Shown: positions 52,908 through 62,596 of the stretch, piece by piece
Layout of the letters: the number at the start of each line of letters is the position of its first letter
How positions within the stretch are numbered: the stretch's first letter is position 1
Source of the DNA: Phycisphaerales bacterium
GTDB lineage: Bacteria; Planctomycetota; Phycisphaerae; WQYP01
Length of the DNA: 64,000 nucleotides
Direction of reading: 5' to 3'
Assembly (NCBI GenBank): GCA_027451365.1
Contig: DAIDJN010000019.1
Coordinates: forward strand, 14,400 to 78,399
Position numbers and translations under genes: made by a program
Notes under the pieces: model-generated
What the model saw: the letters and a program-made list of their open reading frames with translations, nothing else
Told to the model about the DNA's origin: nothing
The model's database searches: none

Positions 52908-53358
52908 GGTATGCGCTCCGATAAAACATCCGGTTTTCGGCCGCGCGGCCTCTGCTATAAACCGGATTTACACCCTTACTTGTAACGTGCCTGACCGCGA
53001 TAGTCAAAACAATTCGCCATAGTTGCAAAAATTTGGGCTTGCCCAGCCCGCGCTCTTTGCCAGGTCCGGCACCATACTTGCCATTTGGGCACGCATAAAC
53101 CCATATCAAGCCGTCATAAAAAAATCTTTAAGTGATTGTAAATAAAATAGTTATGTTCTTTCTATATTTCCGCTTGGCCGCCACTTGTGGCAGATCACGC
53201 CTAAGCCGCTAAAATGTTGGCGGAAACATTCCCGGCCGTCAGGGCGTATACAACCGGAATGCTTTCCGCTGTTTGGCGTTGGCCATCCAGACGATTGAGC
53301 GGCGCGGCGGTGGAACTGTCCATCGGCCACCCGATAAACAGAACGGAGTTTTATAATT

Positions 53359-54084
53359 ATGGGTCAGTTTTTTAATTCCTCGCAAAATAGTTTTGATGAC
53401 ACTCTGGTACCCCCGAGTCGCAATGACAGTCTTGAACAGAGCCGCTTTATTACCGGTGTCTTCGGCTGGATGACTGTCGGGTTGGCGATTACTGGTTTTG
53501 TGGCGCTGCTGGTGGCACAACGCCCCAAACTGGTGATGGAAATAAACGGTATGGCCTTTTTGTTCATGCTGCTGCAGGTGGCGCTGAGCTTCGGGCTTAT
53601 CTTGGCCATCAACCGAATCAGCGCTGCCGTGGCCACACTTATGTTCCTGCTGTACAGCGCCTCAATGGGACTGACGCTTTCAGTTATATTTATTCTTTAC
53701 ACGCGAGCTTCCATTGAATCCACGTTTTTCATCACCTCGGCCACATTCGGCGGCATGGCTTTTTATGGTTATGTCACCAAAAGGGATCTGACCTCCATCG
53801 GGCATATTGCCGGCATGGCCTTCTTTGGCCTGTTTATCGCCTTAATTGTAAGCATGTTTCTGCACATCAGCGGATTGAATCTGTTGATTAACGTTGTCGG
53901 TGTGCTGGTGTTTGTGGCGCTGACCGCCTATGACACCCAGAGAATCAAATATTTATATCTGGCCGGTGCCGAAGGATCGCAGGAAAATCACAAGGCGGCC
54001 ATCATCGGGGCACTTAAATTGTACTTGGACTTCATCAACCTGTTTCTTTTTCTGCTGCAACTTTTTGCCAGACAGCGCGATTGA
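53359..54084 (+). CDS. Bax inhibitor-1/YccA family membrane protein
   Basis: About 7 TM helices; GYVTKRDLT, LTAYDTQRIK, GALKLYLDFINLFLFLL. Confidence 0.95.
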   Translation: MGQFFNSSQNSFDDTLVPPSRNDSLEQSRFITGVFGWMTVGLAITGFVALLVAQRPKLVMEINGMAFLFMLLQVALSFGLILAINRISAAVATLMFLLYSASMGLTLSVIFILYTRASIESTFFITSATFGGMAFYGYVTKRDLTSIGHIAGMAFFGLFIALIVSMFLHISGLNLLINVVGVLVFVALTAYDTQRIKYLYLAGAEGSQENHKAAIIGALKLYLDFINLFLFLLQLFARQRD

Positions 54085-54295
54085 TGAAAACCGGCTTTCC
54101 TCTTAATGATGGGCCGCCGTGGCCCGACCCTCTGATTGTCGCAAGTACCGTCGGCAGCTTTATGGCGGGCGCGGACCGGCGGGCAAAATATCAAGGGCTT
54201 TCAGCGGCGCGTTCCTGCGATTAAAATGATTCGTGGGCCTGTCGGCGCAATGCCTGCGGGTAACCCTAGAGATTCTTTAATGAACCGGGTGAAAA

Positions 54296-55192
54296 ATGGC
54301 CAGTCCGCTCCATCCCTATGGCGATTACGGAACGGCATTGCAGAATTTGCGTGGTGCCCGCAACACACTCGGCTATATCCTGTTTTTCTGCGTGCTGATG
54401 CAAATTGTCGGCTTTTTTTTAATGCGATTTACCACCCAGCCTTATATTGGTGGCAAGGTTGTCTCCGGACAGACTGCCGCCGCGATCCATTCCAAGTCTT
54501 TGCACGCCGGCAAGGTGCAATCTGGTGTCGCCGTGGAATTGCCGGAATCCGACGGCTTCGATCAGGTGCCTCAGGGTTCCGGATCGGTGGAAAACCTTTC
54601 CGGCAGCCAATGGTATAAGCAAGTGACTGTTGGGCGGAAACTCAACCTGCGACAGCAATGGGTCGCCACCTATTACATGTTGGCTCCGGTAACACAGTTG
54701 CTGGGGCTGCTGGCCGCCGCATCTCAGGCCATTATTATTTTTGTCTGTCTGCTGGTGGTTCTGGTAGCCCAGGCACCGGGCGTTTCGCACCTTAGCCGAA
54801 GCCTGATCTGGTCGGTGATTCTTATATTTCTGGTTCTGCCGTGGCAGTATGTGCTGCCGCAGTTTCCAATTCCCGGAATTCTTTACGGGTGGCGGGAACT
54901 TCACGCAACGCTGACGATTTCCTTCCTGCCGCCTCCCGGCCATGGTATCTCATTTGCCCACCGGGCTATTATTGTGGCCAGGTATGTGCTATGGCCCGTG
55001 GTGGGGTTGGTGGTCATGCTCGTCACGGCGGAGCGCTTCCGTGCCGGAACCCGCCTGGCGATCGGCCATCCACTGCAAAGCATGATACTTGGAGCATCCG
55101 CCGGCCCGAATGCCGCGGCAGTTGGCACCAGTGCCAGTCTTTCATCACACCCCCGCGGCACGCCAGCCATTCGGCCCAGTGTTAAAATATAA
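54296..55192 (+). CDS. Membrane hypothetical protein (4 TM-like segments)
   Basis: 298-aa ORF with clear hydrophobic helices; fills the gap convergent on the next gene. Confidence 0.7.
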   Translation: MASPLHPYGDYGTALQNLRGARNTLGYILFFCVLMQIVGFFLMRFTTQPYIGGKVVSGQTAAAIHSKSLHAGKVQSGVAVELPESDGFDQVPQGSGSVENLSGSQWYKQVTVGRKLNLRQQWVATYYMLAPVTQLLGLLAAASQAIIIFVCLLVVLVAQAPGVSHLSRSLIWSVILIFLVLPWQYVLPQFPIPGILYGWRELHATLTISFLPPPGHGISFAHRAIIVARYVLWPVVGLVVMLVTAERFRAGTRLAIGHPLQSMILGASAGPNAAAVGTSASLSSHPRGTPAIRPSVKI

Positions 55193-55214
55193 AAACGTCC
55201 ATGGCCGTCAATAT

Positions 55215-56705
55215 TCAATCGCCGTCCGCAGCCGCGACTGAGGTCTGTTTGTCACCCCAGGCCTTTCGCCGCCACCACCAGTATTCCACCGCAATGGCCG
55301 CAAAAACAGGCAGGTGCTCCAGCCATACCGTGCCAGGCGGCGTGTTATGTAATTGATACAGTGGCAGCGTGATGCTGTACGCCAGAAGGCTCCAAGTCGG
55401 AACAATAGTCAGAAACGCCAGCGTCCATGTGTAATACCAGGGGAATTGGGTCGGACTTAGCAGAAATAACGCGCCGATCAGAATCCCTGATTTGCGGACT
55501 AGCGCCTTGGCTTCCAATGGACCACGCAGCAGCCAGCTTGCAAACAGGCAGAACAATCCAGCCGTGGTTAATCTTGCCCACAGGCCGGCCGACAGTCCCA
55601 GCCAGTCGTTCCCGCCGCAGATTCCATGCCAGAACAGGCTCTCCAATCGGAAGAGACCATCATTTTCGTGCCAGTACCGGCCATACGCCAGAAGCGAATG
55701 CGTGCCCGCGTGGCGCGATAACAACATGGGCAGAAGCGCCGCCGTCAGGCACACTGCAAATACTCCGATTCCCGCCAACCGTCGCCACCACGAGGGGCCG
55801 GCAGACTTCAAAAAAAGTGGCAACAACACCACCGGCCAGAATTTTGCCCCGCCAGCCAGTGCCAGCGCCCCCAAACTGCTTCTGGTCCGCCACCCAACCG
55901 CCAGCAAAACCGCCAGCAGTAGAAACGGAAAAGCGATTAAATCCATGTGCGCTTGATTAAAAAAGGAGTTGATCACAATCGGATTCCACCAGTAAATAAT
56001 AATTAAACCCGACGGCTGGCGTAATCGTTTGAGTATCGCCAGCAACAGCAGGACGGTCGTACAATCAATCGCCAGATACACGGCTTTTAAAGTTGCAATG
56101 CTGAAAGGGGCAATAAGTGCGGCAAATGCAAAAGTGGCCTCGGACACCGGCGGATAAATGGTCGGCAGGTTGGCATGATTAATCCGGCCCATAATGGCTG
56201 GCGATTCATTGGCCGCCCGACCGGCGGAACGTAGCGCTGAATTCACAATCTGACCGCCGGAGGCCAAGGCGTCGCCTGCTCGAATGGCCGTCTGGGGCGA
56301 AATTGACCATGGGCTTTCGCCATGGCAAATAAGCGCTCCATCCCAAAGATACCGGTTAAAATCTGTGGACAGCACCGGCGGGGCGGGAATAAGAATGATC
56401 CGGCACAGCAGGCCCGTCAACATGACAAACAGGAACATGAATCGGGAAAGCTCGGTCCGCGTGAAATAAACACAGGTGAGCCATAGACCCGCGAGGGCGA
56501 TTTGAAACTCCACATAAATGTGCAGCAGCGAACCGTTCTTCGGAAGAACAGCCGACAGCCGCCAGGAATTCAGCAATAATACAAAACAAGATGCCAGAAG
56601 AACCAGCCCGCAGACAATCAGCAGTATTGGCCGCCGCGGGCCGCGGGTCTCCGTCCGGCGTACCCCAGCGGGTGGGTTGGTGAAATGACTTGGGAGATTT
56701 TCCAG
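55215..56705 (-). CDS. GT-C/GT87-like integral membrane glycosyltransferase (DUF2029-like)
   Basis: LSTDFNRYLWDG, INH..LPTIYPP, YWWNP, HMD, K.WP, LSPTQFPWY. The frame stays open upstream of the track start to a CTG at 56705 preceded by AGGGGG; start uncertain. Confidence 0.8.
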   Translation of the reverse strand: MENLPSHFTNPPAGVRRTETRGPRRPILLIVCGLVLLASCFVLLLNSWRLSAVLPKNGSLLHIYVEFQIALAGLWLTCVYFTRTELSRFMFLFVMLTGLLCRIILIPAPPVLSTDFNRYLWDGALICHGESPWSISPQTAIRAGDALASGGQIVNSALRSAGRAANESPAIMGRINHANLPTIYPPVSEATFAFAALIAPFSIATLKAVYLAIDCTTVLLLLAILKRLRQPSGLIIIYWWNPIVINSFFNQAHMDLIAFPFLLLAVLLAVGWRTRSSLGALALAGGAKFWPVVLLPLFLKSAGPSWWRRLAGIGVFAVCLTAALLPMLLSRHAGTHSLLAYGRYWHENDGLFRLESLFWHGICGGNDWLGLSAGLWARLTTAGLFCLFASWLLRGPLEAKALVRKSGILIGALFLLSPTQFPWYYTWTLAFLTIVPTWSLLAYSITLPLYQLHNTPPGTVWLEHLPVFAAIAVEYWWWRRKAWGDKQTSVAAADGD

Positions 56706-56755
56706 CGGAAGCCCCCTGGTCTACGATCTTGTGTTTTGCATCGGCGGCACCGTTT

Positions 56756-57526
56756 CTATGGAGAAGTGGCGGCTGGCTGGGTCTGAATAGATCGATCCGC
56801 GCTGGCTTCCTTGGCCAGCCGCTTCACCAGATCGGACTCGCCCGGCTGTTCAGTGAATTCCAGGCCGCCATCGTTTCGAACATAGATGACATACAGTTTT
56901 CCGGGCCGCACTGGACGGTAATGCGCTTCGCCCTGAACCACGGCAAGCCCCATCTTTTTGCCCAAATGCGGGTGCTTCAGCAGGGGCCATATATTTCGCC
57001 ATAAATGGGTCAGAAATTTATTCGGTTTGCCATAACGGTGTTCCAGCACCCGGGGTATGCCATGTTTGCTTAATAGTGAAGCACCCTGGTCGGGCGCTTC
57101 ACGGCTGGAAAAGATTCTGCGGAAAAATGCGATAGATTTTCCGCGCAGAAGATCACCTTTTTCCACATATTTGTCGCTGAATTGCAGAACCAGCGCATCG
57201 ATATACGGTGTATCGCCGGGAATTGTGAATTCCTGCAGCGGCATCGGAATCTGCCGGCCGTTCGGACCGACCGTAAATTCCTGCCAAAGCAAAGTCGTTT
57301 GCACGACTTTGTTGTCCGGCCCGCGGACCTGGCCATTTACAATTAATTCCGCACGGCGAGTGCGCCCGGTCAGGCGCGTCACGATCTTGCGCAATTCGTC
57401 CCGCTGGCGTTTGAGCCGCAGAATTTCATCGCGGCGGGCAAAGTAGTGCTGTGTAATGTTAATGGCCAGTGAGCCAATGGTGGCAAGTATAACCACCGCT
57501 ATCACCATTTTAAAAAAGCGTTGCAT
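56756..57526 (-). CDS. Hypothetical protein with N-terminal TM and coiled coil
   Basis: N-terminal hydrophobic helix, coiled coil and globular domain; co-oriented with neighbours. Confidence 0.72.
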   Translation of the reverse strand: MQRFFKMVIAVVILATIGSLAINITQHYFARRDEILRLKRQRDELRKIVTRLTGRTRRAELIVNGQVRGPDNKVVQTTLLWQEFTVGPNGRQIPMPLQEFTIPGDTPYIDALVLQFSDKYVEKGDLLRGKSIAFFRRIFSSREAPDQGASLLSKHGIPRVLEHRYGKPNKFLTHLWRNIWPLLKHPHLGKKMGLAVVQGEAHYRPVRPGKLYVIYVRNDGGLEFTEQPGESDLVKRLAKEASADRSIQTQPAATSP

Positions 57527-57617
57527 CAATGCATCCTTGGCTGGCGAACAGTTTGTCAATCACGGCGGACCGCAAATGCCAGCCAGCTTCACCCTTATAA
57601 ACCCGAAGGCGGCCATT

Positions 57618-59303
57618 CTATTGCTTCAAGGCGGCCAGTTTATCTCCCCATCGTCGCTGCATTGCGCTGGCGGTGGTGGGGATCCAGGTGCTGCCGTCGC
57701 CGTGCAATACCTTAAGCAGTCTGCCGCGTTGGTCAACCCACAACTCGCTTACATCCGGATCCAGTTGATCCGCCAGATGATACGCTCGGATCAGCTTATG
57801 CCCGATCTGAATGCTCTGGCGGCCAAGAACACGCAACACTCGCAGGCCCAGGTGATTGGTCGCCGGGTCAAATACCACGAACGCCAACGCACCCCTCTTC
57901 TTCAAATTCACCAGACGCGGCCACAGATATTGCAACGCGGATGGCAATAGTCCCGGCATCTGTGGGCCTAACACGAACCGCAGCGGGCGATTGTTTTCGC
58001 CCGCCACAACACGATCATCTTTATGGTCCACTCGTATGCGGCATTCATAGCGATAAGCCCCCGTCATCTTGCCCGCCTTGTCGTAAAGCGGATAAAAGCC
58101 TGCCTGCTGCGTGCCTAGCTGCTGCGTCCAATGTGTGAAAAAATTAGGGTAGGGAATCTTCAGATGTTCCACCACAGATTTACCGGTCAGCGGATTGACG
58201 ATCCGCCGTTCCTGCCGCATCGCCACAATTTGCGGATTGTTGATCGGTTGCAGCCGCTCCACGGCGGATGTCCAGGTACTGTAATTGATCTCATTGTGCG
58301 GTCTGTCCGCCTGATGGCGCATCGCCCAGAATCGGACCGATTTGGTCATGATAATCACGCCGCCGGGCAGAAATTCGCGCCCGTTGATGTTGCAGAATAC
58401 ACCTCGGAACCCATCCTGCTGGCCAACATACGCGTGAAGCCGCACAAATCCGATATCCTGGTGGTGCACCCGAATCCGAAACAATTCAGGGCGAATTTCC
58501 GCCGCCTTCTTTAAGGCCTGCCCGCCCCCAGCTTTGTCTTGGGTGGCCGCGGCAACGGCCATCCGGCCGCCAAACTTCCCGATCAGCGCGCGGACCCCGG
58601 TCGTTTTCAGCCACGCCTTTCCGGCTTTTACCGCCGCCAGTCGCTGGCGGGTGATTTTGTCCTGATTCAGTAATCGCAGAGATCCGGTCAACGCGTTGAA
58701 CATGCGCGTGGCCGACGGTAAATCACCGGCCGGCGAAAAAAAGGTGAACACGTAATATTCGGTCGGATTGATTTCTATCAGAAGTTCCTGCCGCAAAAGT
58801 TGCAGCGGTGAATGATTGGACATCGCGGTAAATAAAATCGAAAGTTCAGCCGCCGGCTGGCCGGATATTACCCGTTTGGCGCGTACCAGAACCTGCACAT
58901 GACTGAAATCCTTCCGGGCTTCGGCCAGAATTTCCTTCACTAATACGCCGCGGGAAGTGGCTTTTGCCAGATAACTCCGATGCAGTGTAATTCCCCATCG
59001 CCGCTGCTGGTTTACAAAATTAACCAGTTGATTGCCCTTGCGATGCAGGGCGATGCAGTCTATTGGCCGACGGATTTCAAAGGCCGCCGCATCATCCCGC
59101 CAGACCGGGCCAAGTTCTCCGTTGCCCGCACTGCCACCGGGGTTGGCCCTGGCCGCAAGCGCGCGATCCGGGCTGGCCGGCAGCGCCATCAGGCACGTCA
59201 GCCAAAGCCACGCAATGACCAGGTTCCTTCGGCCACCCGCGGGAAAAATGACGCGGTGCCAATGCCAGCCGCTGCGACTCGGTAATGAGAAACTGATTTT
59301 CAC
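57618..59303 (-). CDS. Secreted hypothetical protein
   Basis: 561-aa ORF with a signal-like segment; GGAG RBS before GTG. Confidence 0.72.
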   Translation of the reverse strand: MKISFSLPSRSGWHWHRVIFPAGGRRNLVIAWLWLTCLMALPASPDRALAARANPGGSAGNGELGPVWRDDAAAFEIRRPIDCIALHRKGNQLVNFVNQQRRWGITLHRSYLAKATSRGVLVKEILAEARKDFSHVQVLVRAKRVISGQPAAELSILFTAMSNHSPLQLLRQELLIEINPTEYYVFTFFSPAGDLPSATRMFNALTGSLRLLNQDKITRQRLAAVKAGKAWLKTTGVRALIGKFGGRMAVAAATQDKAGGGQALKKAAEIRPELFRIRVHHQDIGFVRLHAYVGQQDGFRGVFCNINGREFLPGGVIIMTKSVRFWAMRHQADRPHNEINYSTWTSAVERLQPINNPQIVAMRQERRIVNPLTGKSVVEHLKIPYPNFFTHWTQQLGTQQAGFYPLYDKAGKMTGAYRYECRIRVDHKDDRVVAGENNRPLRFVLGPQMPGLLPSALQYLWPRLVNLKKRGALAFVVFDPATNHLGLRVLRVLGRQSIQIGHKLIRAYHLADQLDPDVSELWVDQRGRLLKVLHGDGSTWIPTTASAMQRRWGDKLAALKQ

Positions 59304-59327
59304 GTTGCAACTCCGCTGACGGTTTAA

Positions 59328-59858
59328 TTATTGACTGCTTGATGGCGAATGACCCGACAATTGATAAGCGAATTGTTGAAACACCGCGTTGTCCTTCAGC
59401 GTAATTGGGGTAACCCCATGGTAAATAAGTACGCGCACAGAATTTCCTTCCGGTGTGGTAGCCATCAGCACAAAGCCCGGAACGCTCCATTGGCTCCAGA
59501 TCGCGCGCAATATGTAGTAATAATGCCCCCCGTGAGTCTCGTTGATCTGCGTCAGCCAGCCGGGATTTCCGGCTTTTAATGTAAAGCCATGCAGCATTTC
59601 CACCGCCTCACGATTCGCATCCGTCGCGGTCGCCGGGTGGGACAGCGGAATGGTCACACGGGCCACCATTCGCATCAGGCCGTCTATGTTGATCTGAACG
59701 ATATGGCCGGAATTCGGAGTGAACCTGCCGCGCGGCGATTCGCCCGTCGCGCGGTATCGCATAAGGCCTGTCGCCGCCCCAAGCGATGCCAGAAGCAGCA
59801 CCAGCATCGTTCCAGCCAATCCATAATACCGTGTGTAGTTTCGATTGTTTTCAATCAT
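59328..59858 (-). CDS. Hypothetical protein with N-terminal TM helix
   Basis: 176-aa ORF with one hydrophobic helix, ending 24 bp upstream of the next gene. Confidence 0.62.
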   Translation of the reverse strand: MIENNRNYTRYYGLAGTMLVLLLASLGAATGLMRYRATGESPRGRFTPNSGHIVQINIDGLMRMVARVTIPLSHPATATDANREAVEMLHGFTLKAGNPGWLTQINETHGGHYYYILRAIWSQWSVPGFVLMATTPEGNSVRVLIYHGVTPITLKDNAVFQQFAYQLSGHSPSSSQ

Positions 59859-60090
59859 CGTTGGTAATCATACCCCAAACTGTGAAACAATAGAAACTGG
59901 CGGTGTAACTCGATAAAAGGTGGACAGCCCTTTTTCTGGCAATCGGTAAAATAGCGGATGAGTGGGCCAACTGACGATTATTGGACGGAAGTTTATGATT
60001 AAACAAATCAGTCCCCCGGCGACCTGCGGGCGTTGGCATAAGGGTATTGGCATACGCTGGAAGCAACGCAACGCTGGCAGCAGACAGCCA

Positions 60091-61512
60091 CCATGGCCGC
60101 GGGCCAAAACACCTTGGGAAATCACCTTGGGGGTCGGGCGTTGCGCCCGAAAAGAAACAGGCAATGGCCGCGTTCACTGCCCAGGACGCCGGGTAACGCA
60201 TAACCGGAAGCCAATGATCATCACCACGACACAAGGGCGCACCGGAATAAACCGATCCACAGATTCCACAGATTTTGTTTCCATGCGCAAATTGGCGGGA
60301 GTTCGATTTTTTCTGTTCCTAGATCGACGTTTGTTGTAAAAGACCACAACGGAGGCGGATAAACTGTCATACCAGTATACGCCACCAATACCCCGTCAGA
60401 AGGAATGGAATCAACAGCTAAATCCAGTGAAACCCATGCCGCAGACCAAAACACCTTGGGAAATCACTTTGGGGGTCGGGCGTCTCGCCCGAAAATAAAC
60501 AGCCAGGGGCCGTGCTCACCGCCCAGCACACCGGGTAACCCATAACCGCAATCCAATGATCATCACCACGACACAAAGGCACGCCGAAATAAACCAATCC
60601 ACAGATTATGTTTCCATGCGAAAATTGGCCGGAGTTCTATTTTTCTGTTCATAAATCGTCATTTATTGTAAAAGACCACAGTGGAGGCGGAGAAACTGTC
60701 ACACCAATAGCCGCCACCAATGCCCCGTCAGAAGGCACGGAATCAACGGCTAAATTCAGTGAAACACATGCCGCAGGTCAAAACACCTTGGGGGTCGGGC
60801 GTCTCGCCCGAAAAGAAGCAGCCGAGGGGCCGCGTTCACCGCCCAGCACACCGGGTAACCCATAATCGCAAGCCAATGATCATCACCACGAAACACAGGC
60901 GCACCGGAATAAAATAATCCACAGATTCCACAGATTCCACAGATTTTGTTTCCATGAGCAAATTGGCGGGAGTTCGATTTTTCCGTTCGTTGATCGTCGT
61001 TTGTTGTAAACGACCACAGCGGAGGTGGATAAACTGCCACACCAGTATACGCCACGAATACCCCGTCAGAAGGCAGGGAATCAGCAGCTAATATTCGGCA
61101 AAATCCATGCCGCAGGCCAAACCACCGTGGGGGTCGGGCGTCTCGCCTGAAAAGAAACAGCCAGGGGCCGCGTTCACCGCCCAGGACGCCGCGTAACGCA
61201 TAACCGGAAGCCATTGATCATCACCACGACACAAAGGCATACCGGAATAAACCGATCCACAGATTTCACAGATTCCACAGATTCCACAGATTTTGTTTCC
61301 ACGAGCAAATCGGCGGGAGTTCTATTTTTCTGTTCATAGATCGTCGTTTATTGTAAAAGACCACGGCGGAGGCGGATAAACTGTCACACCAGTATGCGCC
61401 ACCAATACCCCGTCAGAAGGCACGGAATCAACGGCTAAATTCAGTGAAACACATGCCGCAGGTCAAAACACCTTGGGGGTCGGGCGTCTCGCCCGAAATG
61501 TAGCAGCCAGGA
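60091..61512. repeat. Tandem array of about 4.2 long (319-346 bp) degenerate non-coding units with REP-like hairpins and a 9-mer microsatellite
   Basis: Anchor GGGGGTCGGGCG at 60129, 60471, 60790, 61129 and 61475 (periods 342, 319, 339, 346). Units align along their full length. CCACAGATT copy number is 2, 1, 3, 4. Confidence 0.97.
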
Positions 61513-61713
61513 CGACCGCCGTACCAGCCACGATGCCCACCGCGACAGTGACTTAAAAACCACAACTTTTAATGGAGTGACTCAATGGAGCAAAAAATAA
61601 ATATCCTGAATTTACAAACCAGAAAACATCCGTTCAATGGTCCGGCACCATTTTCTGCGGGTCATTTTAGCCGCAGCGATCCCTCCTCGGAGACACTTTA
61701 AAAAGGCTTGTGG

Positions 61714-62589
61714 TCACCGTCTAACCAGGCCGCGCATCGAATCAACGCCGCGTGAGATACCCTCTGCCAGACGAGTCGCCGACCGGTCCGTTAAATGCGC
61801 GCAGATTACCCAAATCGTACAACCGCTGATTAAAAGCAGGCAAAATAGTGCGGCAACCGGGGGAATGGGGATGGCCAGCGTGCCAATCATAAGGGGCGGC
61901 ACGGCGGCTATCCCAGCTCTTGGTGGAGGAAATTCCGATTGAAGCTCCAATACACCAATTTGACTCCGGTCCGGGCGGCCGATTCGCGTAGCCCAAACCC
62001 GGCCGGCATGGGTAAAGCCCTCCCATTCTCCCTGTCCGGAAATGATCCGGAAATAAATACGGGCTATCTGTCGGACCCCGACGCCAGTTGAAGTCCGCGA
62101 TTGCAAACTCGCACGGTGTATTAAATCAAGCATCTTGCTAGAACCAATTCCGGTAAAAATCGCGGCGGCCTTAGGCCCGCGATTGCAAAGAATAAAGAAA
62201 TTCGGAGGCTCAGGCCTCTCTCCATCAGGCTGACCAAAGTCGGCAATTTCTGGCGATACGCTGTTCGCTCCGGAAAGCGCCGCATGCGTGTTATCGTCGT
62301 CGAATTTTTGCCACGCAGGCCGTCGCCTCCTCGCAAGAAGTACAAAGACCAATAACAGGCCAAAAATAAATGTGAACCACCTCGTCGGACCCGCCGTGCC
62401 AAAACAGCCACTATCCAGGTAGCGCGGCAATAGAACGCTCAGCAGATGATCCAAGGTCAGCAGCGTAATCAGGGCGTATCCGTAAACCAATCCCTTTCTC
62501 ATGACTCGAGTTGACAGAAGAGCGCGATCAAAATTTGTATACGCACCGCGATAGGCTCGTTGCCCGTACCGCAAAATAGAATTTAACAT
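61714..62589 (-). CDS. Membrane protein immediately downstream of the Rhs-CT (candidate immunity protein)
   Basis: ATG 62589 lies 7 nt after the Rhs stop, with GGAGG/GAGG RBS; about 3 hydrophobic segments. Confidence 0.55.
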   Translation of the reverse strand: MLNSILRYGQRAYRGAYTNFDRALLSTRVMRKGLVYGYALITLLTLDHLLSVLLPRYLDSGCFGTAGPTRWFTFIFGLLLVFVLLARRRRPAWQKFDDDNTHAALSGANSVSPEIADFGQPDGERPEPPNFFILCNRGPKAAAIFTGIGSSKMLDLIHRASLQSRTSTGVGVRQIARIYFRIISGQGEWEGFTHAGRVWATRIGRPDRSQIGVLELQSEFPPPRAGIAAVPPLMIGTLAIPIPPVAALFCLLLISGCTIWVICAHLTDRSATRLAEGISRGVDSMRGLVRR

Positions 62590-62596
62590 CCTCAAT

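Noticed and set aside
53129..53153. AT-rich TAAGTGATTGTAAATAAAATAGTTA, an IHF-like or dif-like site
   Set aside because: Only partial matches to either consensus, and no nearby recombinase or other support.
59851..61214. ORFs inside the array (e.g. 60221..60454, 60608..60865, 60756..61214)
   Set aside because: Reading frames are not preserved between units (stops, indels not in multiples of 3) and there are no recognisable protein motifs.
60091..61512. CRISPR array interpretation of the repeats
   Set aside because: Units are ~340 bp and homologous along their full length, with no unique spacers between short repeats and no cas genes in the window.
60091..61512. DGR template/variable repeat pair
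   Set aside because: Differences between copies are not adenine-specific, and no reverse transcriptase is present in the window.
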